A DNA stretch of 64,000 bases from a virus (taxonomy: Duplodnaviria; Caudoviricetes). The notes below the pieces were generated by a model. That model saw nothing but the letters and a program-made list of their open reading frames with translations, had not been told where the DNA came from and ran no database searches. A program made the translations under genes and the position numbers. Location of the stretch: positions 103,251 to 167,250 of IMG/VR virus record IMGVR_UViG_3300031994_000013. One strand, written 5' to 3'. Within the stretch, counting starts at the first letter, position 1, and every line of letters begins with the position of its first letter. Below, one piece after another: positions 60,607-64,000 of the stretch.

Positions 60607-62643
60607 ATGAAAGAAAATAGATTAACAGCAGTCACTGATTTTATTCCAGATTTCGATTTAGCAAATCGTTTTTGTTATTTTTTAGATTTAAACAACACAG
60701 CAAATAATCATGGCAGTCTTGCCAGACAAAAAACAAAAGTTTTCTCTAATGCCATAAATAATTTAATGATTCCTTTCAAAAATGCTACTCAAATTAAAAA
60801 AGGACAAACTTCCGAAGATATTGAAAATGCAATTAAATTTTTAAGAAGCGTCGCGCAAAGTGAACGTATAAAAGAAATGAAAACTTTATATCAATATAAA
60901 GCAAATTTTAAAAATAGTCCATTGCTCCAGAACAAAGACGTGGATGAAATTTTTCAAGATATGGAGCAATATTTAACTAACCCAGGCGAAAAAAATCCTA
61001 AAACTTTTTACATTCAACTTACCACATTGTTAAATGCCGCAAGGCAGGCAGCTGAAAGCTATCGTATGCGCTTAGCTCAACTAACTGATAAAAACCGTAA
61101 AACTACACAACAAATACGCGCGGACTTTACGCCAGCTAGGATGACATCAGATTTAGATACATTACTTAAAACTGCTATGGGTACAGTTAGGCGAAAAGAT
61201 GAAGAAAGTATGTCTTCCAAAGTTGTCGACCGAGTTATTGATTTTGCTACCACAGAATTACGAGATAATCCTGCCTTCTTAGAGCATCCATATGAAGTTT
61301 TAGCTGGACTTTTAATGGACTTTGAGGTATTTTTACAAGAAGTATATAATAAAGAAAATAATCGGAATAAAAATATTGAAGATTTAGATATCAATGCGAT
61401 TTTCAATGAATATAAAATAACAATAACTTATTTTAGACAATTATTACAAAATAATAACGCGGAATTAAACGATCTATTAGCAGATATTAAAAGCACCTTA
61501 GGAATTAAACGTCTTACAGTAAGAGATAATCAATATAGCGATTATCAAGAACGATTAGAGAAAAATTATGCATCTAAAAGCGGAGAAAAACGCCTTCGAG
61601 GAATGAAAAAAATAAAAGATATTTTTGAGCAAATGGACAGAAAGGCTCCAAAAATACGCTGGGAATTATCCGCAAAAAGTAACAAACATGGCACTATAGC
61701 AGAAGTTTTACAATCAATTCTTTATCGTGAAGCTCGACATATAGGTCAACATAGTACCGCAGCGGACGTTATCTTAGTAAAATTATATCAATTAAAAATG
61801 AACTTTCCTGAAGATAAACGCTGGCTTGATGAAAAAGAAAGAGAACTTTTGCGACTAATTAAAAGCATAGGAACTACAGAACGGCAAGATGCTTTACACG
61901 ACCTCGCAGAAAATCAAAAAACAATAAATGATGATATAAAAAAAATAGATAAAGAATTAGAAGCTTTTTTAAACAACCACCAAATTCCAGAAGATATATT
62001 TATTTATCATGAATCATTAAAATTTTATTTACAGGCCGAGCAGGGTATAAAAAAAGATTTTCATGGTAGAGAATTAAAAATAATGAATTTATTAGATACT
62101 TTATATTCCGCCAATAATGTTAGTGACTTACAATTAATTGAACCAAATATTATGTATGGTATTGTTACCAATCTTGCCGAAGGAGCTATTGGTAACTCTG
62201 TTGAAGGAAATGTAGAAAAATATTTATCAATTTTTGCAGGTCTTTTGATGTTCGACGATGTAAAAAACATTGCAGAGGATGTTACTAAAAAAGCCATTCT
62301 TCAAACCAATAGTAACGGTGGCGATGTTTATCATATCCATCTATATTTAATAAATCAAATCTATATTCCTGGTTCAATTCTTTTATCAAATTTAGCATTT
62401 GCTTTGAATAAAGGCTATGAACAAATGAGTTTTGATGATGCTAGAATTGAAATTACTACTGGCTCGATGGCAAAAGATATACAATATTATGTAGATAATA
62501 GAACTGATAAGAATGGAAATACTATTAGTAAAACCATGTGGGGGGATTATCGAGAAAAAGCAGCTAATCAAACTACTGCACGTATCTACTTTTTAAAGTC
62601 TTTTTTAGACTTTATTAGTGATTTACAAAAATATATAAATTAA
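60607..62643 (+). CDS. large hypothetical helical protein
   Basis: 678 aa ORF with GGAGG RBS; no motif recognised. Confidence 0.7.
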   Translation: MKENRLTAVTDFIPDFDLANRFCYFLDLNNTANNHGSLARQKTKVFSNAINNLMIPFKNATQIKKGQTSEDIENAIKFLRSVAQSERIKEMKTLYQYKANFKNSPLLQNKDVDEIFQDMEQYLTNPGEKNPKTFYIQLTTLLNAARQAAESYRMRLAQLTDKNRKTTQQIRADFTPARMTSDLDTLLKTAMGTVRRKDEESMSSKVVDRVIDFATTELRDNPAFLEHPYEVLAGLLMDFEVFLQEVYNKENNRNKNIEDLDINAIFNEYKITITYFRQLLQNNNAELNDLLADIKSTLGIKRLTVRDNQYSDYQERLEKNYASKSGEKRLRGMKKIKDIFEQMDRKAPKIRWELSAKSNKHGTIAEVLQSILYREARHIGQHSTAADVILVKLYQLKMNFPEDKRWLDEKERELLRLIKSIGTTERQDALHDLAENQKTINDDIKKIDKELEAFLNNHQIPEDIFIYHESLKFYLQAEQGIKKDFHGRELKIMNLLDTLYSANNVSDLQLIEPNIMYGIVTNLAEGAIGNSVEGNVEKYLSIFAGLLMFDDVKNIAEDVTKKAILQTNSNGGDVYHIHLYLINQIYIPGSILLSNLAFALNKGYEQMSFDDARIEITTGSMAKDIQYYVDNRTDKNGNTISKTMWGDYREKAANQTTARIYFLKSFLDFISDLQKYIN

Positions 62644-62658
62644 TGGAGGAATAAAAAT

Positions 62659-63054
62659 ATGGGAAAAATAGTTGCTTGGATTACAAAAATTGTAAATCAA
62701 GCTATGAAATCTATTACAATAGACATTAAACAAGAACTTATGGAATTAAAACTTGCTATTAAAGAGCAAGATAAAAAAATTGACCAAAATGAAAAAGATA
62801 GAATTCGATATGAAATTCTAGATTTTGCTAATTCATGTCATAATGGTCGCAATCATACAAGGGATGAATTTGAACATATTATCGCGCTCAATGATAAATA
62901 TAAAATTTTATTAGAACGAACTCATGATGAAAATGGAGTTTTCAATATAGAATATAAATATATTGATAAACTCTATAGTGAAAAAAAAGAAAATAAAACT
63001 TTTTTAGCAGAAGAGCTTCAATACCAACAGGAGGGAAATACAAAAGATGAGTAA
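62659..63054 (+). CDS. lysis-region protein
   Basis: RIRYEILDFA..H..DEF..Y..NG; directly upstream of holin. Confidence 0.6.
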   Translation: MGKIVAWITKIVNQAMKSITIDIKQELMELKLAIKEQDKKIDQNEKDRIRYEILDFANSCHNGRNHTRDEFEHIIALNDKYKILLERTHDENGVFNIEYKYIDKLYSEKKENKTFLAEELQYQQEGNTKDE

Positions 63055-63256
63055 TTTTAAAAATTGGATTAAAGCCGCGGGTATCCGCGCAATTAAAACT
63101 GTCGCTCAGACAGCTGTAGCTACCATTGGAACTTCTATAGTTTTTTCTGAAGTTAATTGGGTAGCAGTAGTATCCGCATCTTTATTAGCCGGAATTCTAA
63201 GTCTCTTAACCAGTGTTGCTGGCTTGCCAGAGTTAAAAGAAGAGCAACAGCAGTAA
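63047..63256 (+). CDS. holin (r1t-like)
   Basis: WIKAAGIRAIKTVAQTA..SLLTSVAGLPE. Confidence 0.9.
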   Translation: MSNFKNWIKAAGIRAIKTVAQTAVATIGTSIVFSEVNWVAVVSASLLAGILSLLTSVAGLPELKEEQQQ

Positions 63257-63312
63257 TTTGACTTTTTTCTTATTTTATGCTATAATTAAAAAAAAGAAAA
63301 GGGAGAAGTATA

Positions 63313-63834
63313 ATGAATAATACTGAACGCCGAAGTAAAGAAAAAATTATAAATATAGAAATTTATACTGACGGGTCATGTAAAAAGGTTGGAAAAGAAA
63401 TGACTTTCGGTGGTTGGGGCTATTTAGTTATACTTGATGGAAAAGAAATTTATGAGGCGTCTGGTGGTGAATATAAAACTACAAACCAGCGTATGGAACT
63501 TACTGCGGTTTCGGAGGCTTTAAAATATATTCAAACTATTAGACGCCCCAGCGAAAAAGTTATTATTTATAGCGATTCTGCTTATGTTATAAATTGTTAT
63601 ACGCAAAATTGGTACATAAATTGGATGCATAACGGCTGGGTAAATACAAAACAAGAACCAGTCGCTAATCAAGATTTATGGTGGAATATTATACCATTTT
63701 TTGACAATTTTTGGTATACCTTTAGAAAAGTAAAAGGGCATGCTGACAATTTTTGGAACAATAAGTGTGATGAATTAGTCCAAAAAGAAGCAGAAAATTT
63801 AAAGCGCAATTGGCGTGGAGAGCAAAAAATATGA
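63313..63834 (+). CDS. rnhA: ribonuclease HI
   Basis: YTDGS, TNQRMEL, SDSAY, NQDLW, KVKGH, N.CD. Confidence 0.93.
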   Translation: MNNTERRSKEKIINIEIYTDGSCKKVGKEMTFGGWGYLVILDGKEIYEASGGEYKTTNQRMELTAVSEALKYIQTIRRPSEKVIIYSDSAYVINCYTQNWYINWMHNGWVNTKQEPVANQDLWWNIIPFFDNFWYTFRKVKGHADNFWNNKCDELVQKEAENLKRNWRGEQKI

Positions 63835-64000
63835 TTGAAAATGTTTATGAAGTAGAGCGTGAAGATTATAAAGGCTTTTTAGACCAGATTAATAAAAACG
63901 CTAAAATTATCAAAGAAGAACAAAACGAAGGAATAAAATGGACAAAAGTATATAGTAAAACTAATAATAAATTACTTTGTACGAAAGAAACTTTTTTTAC

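Overview
Segment of a large AT-rich Firmicutes-type (gut/rumen-like) phage genome, standard genetic code. Left (1-10 kb): a complete nicotinamide-to-NAD+ salvage cassette (pncA, pncB, nadD-nadE fusion), two ETNSSS-motif genes plus a radical SAM gene, and a lysin. Minus strand 10.4-33.3 kb: modular fibre/adhesin-like genes (LRR, CBM-like, SHAEG repeats) and a conserved 5-gene module of unknown function. 33.8-43.7 kb: an RNA island with about 20 tRNA/tRNA-like genes. Right: RNA-repair genes (Pth2, PNK, phosphoesterase, TROVE-like vWA protein, RNA ligase), homing endonucleases, GH25 lysin, holin, RNase H. Main discovery: five tRNA genes (Asn, Leu, Lys, Gln, Thr) have their anticodon loops interrupted by inserts that are themselves tRNA-shaped. 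Removing each insert from acceptor nt 1 to the discriminator (or CCA) restores an exact 7-nt anticodon loop, which suggests tRNA-in-tRNA introns excised by RNase P/RNase Z-type cuts and sealed by the phage ligase. The same island has eight copies of a Y-RNA-like element (closing stem + CAGCAA) carrying circularly permuted tRNA domains or isolated anticodon stem-loops. All calls were made by eye; no searches were run.
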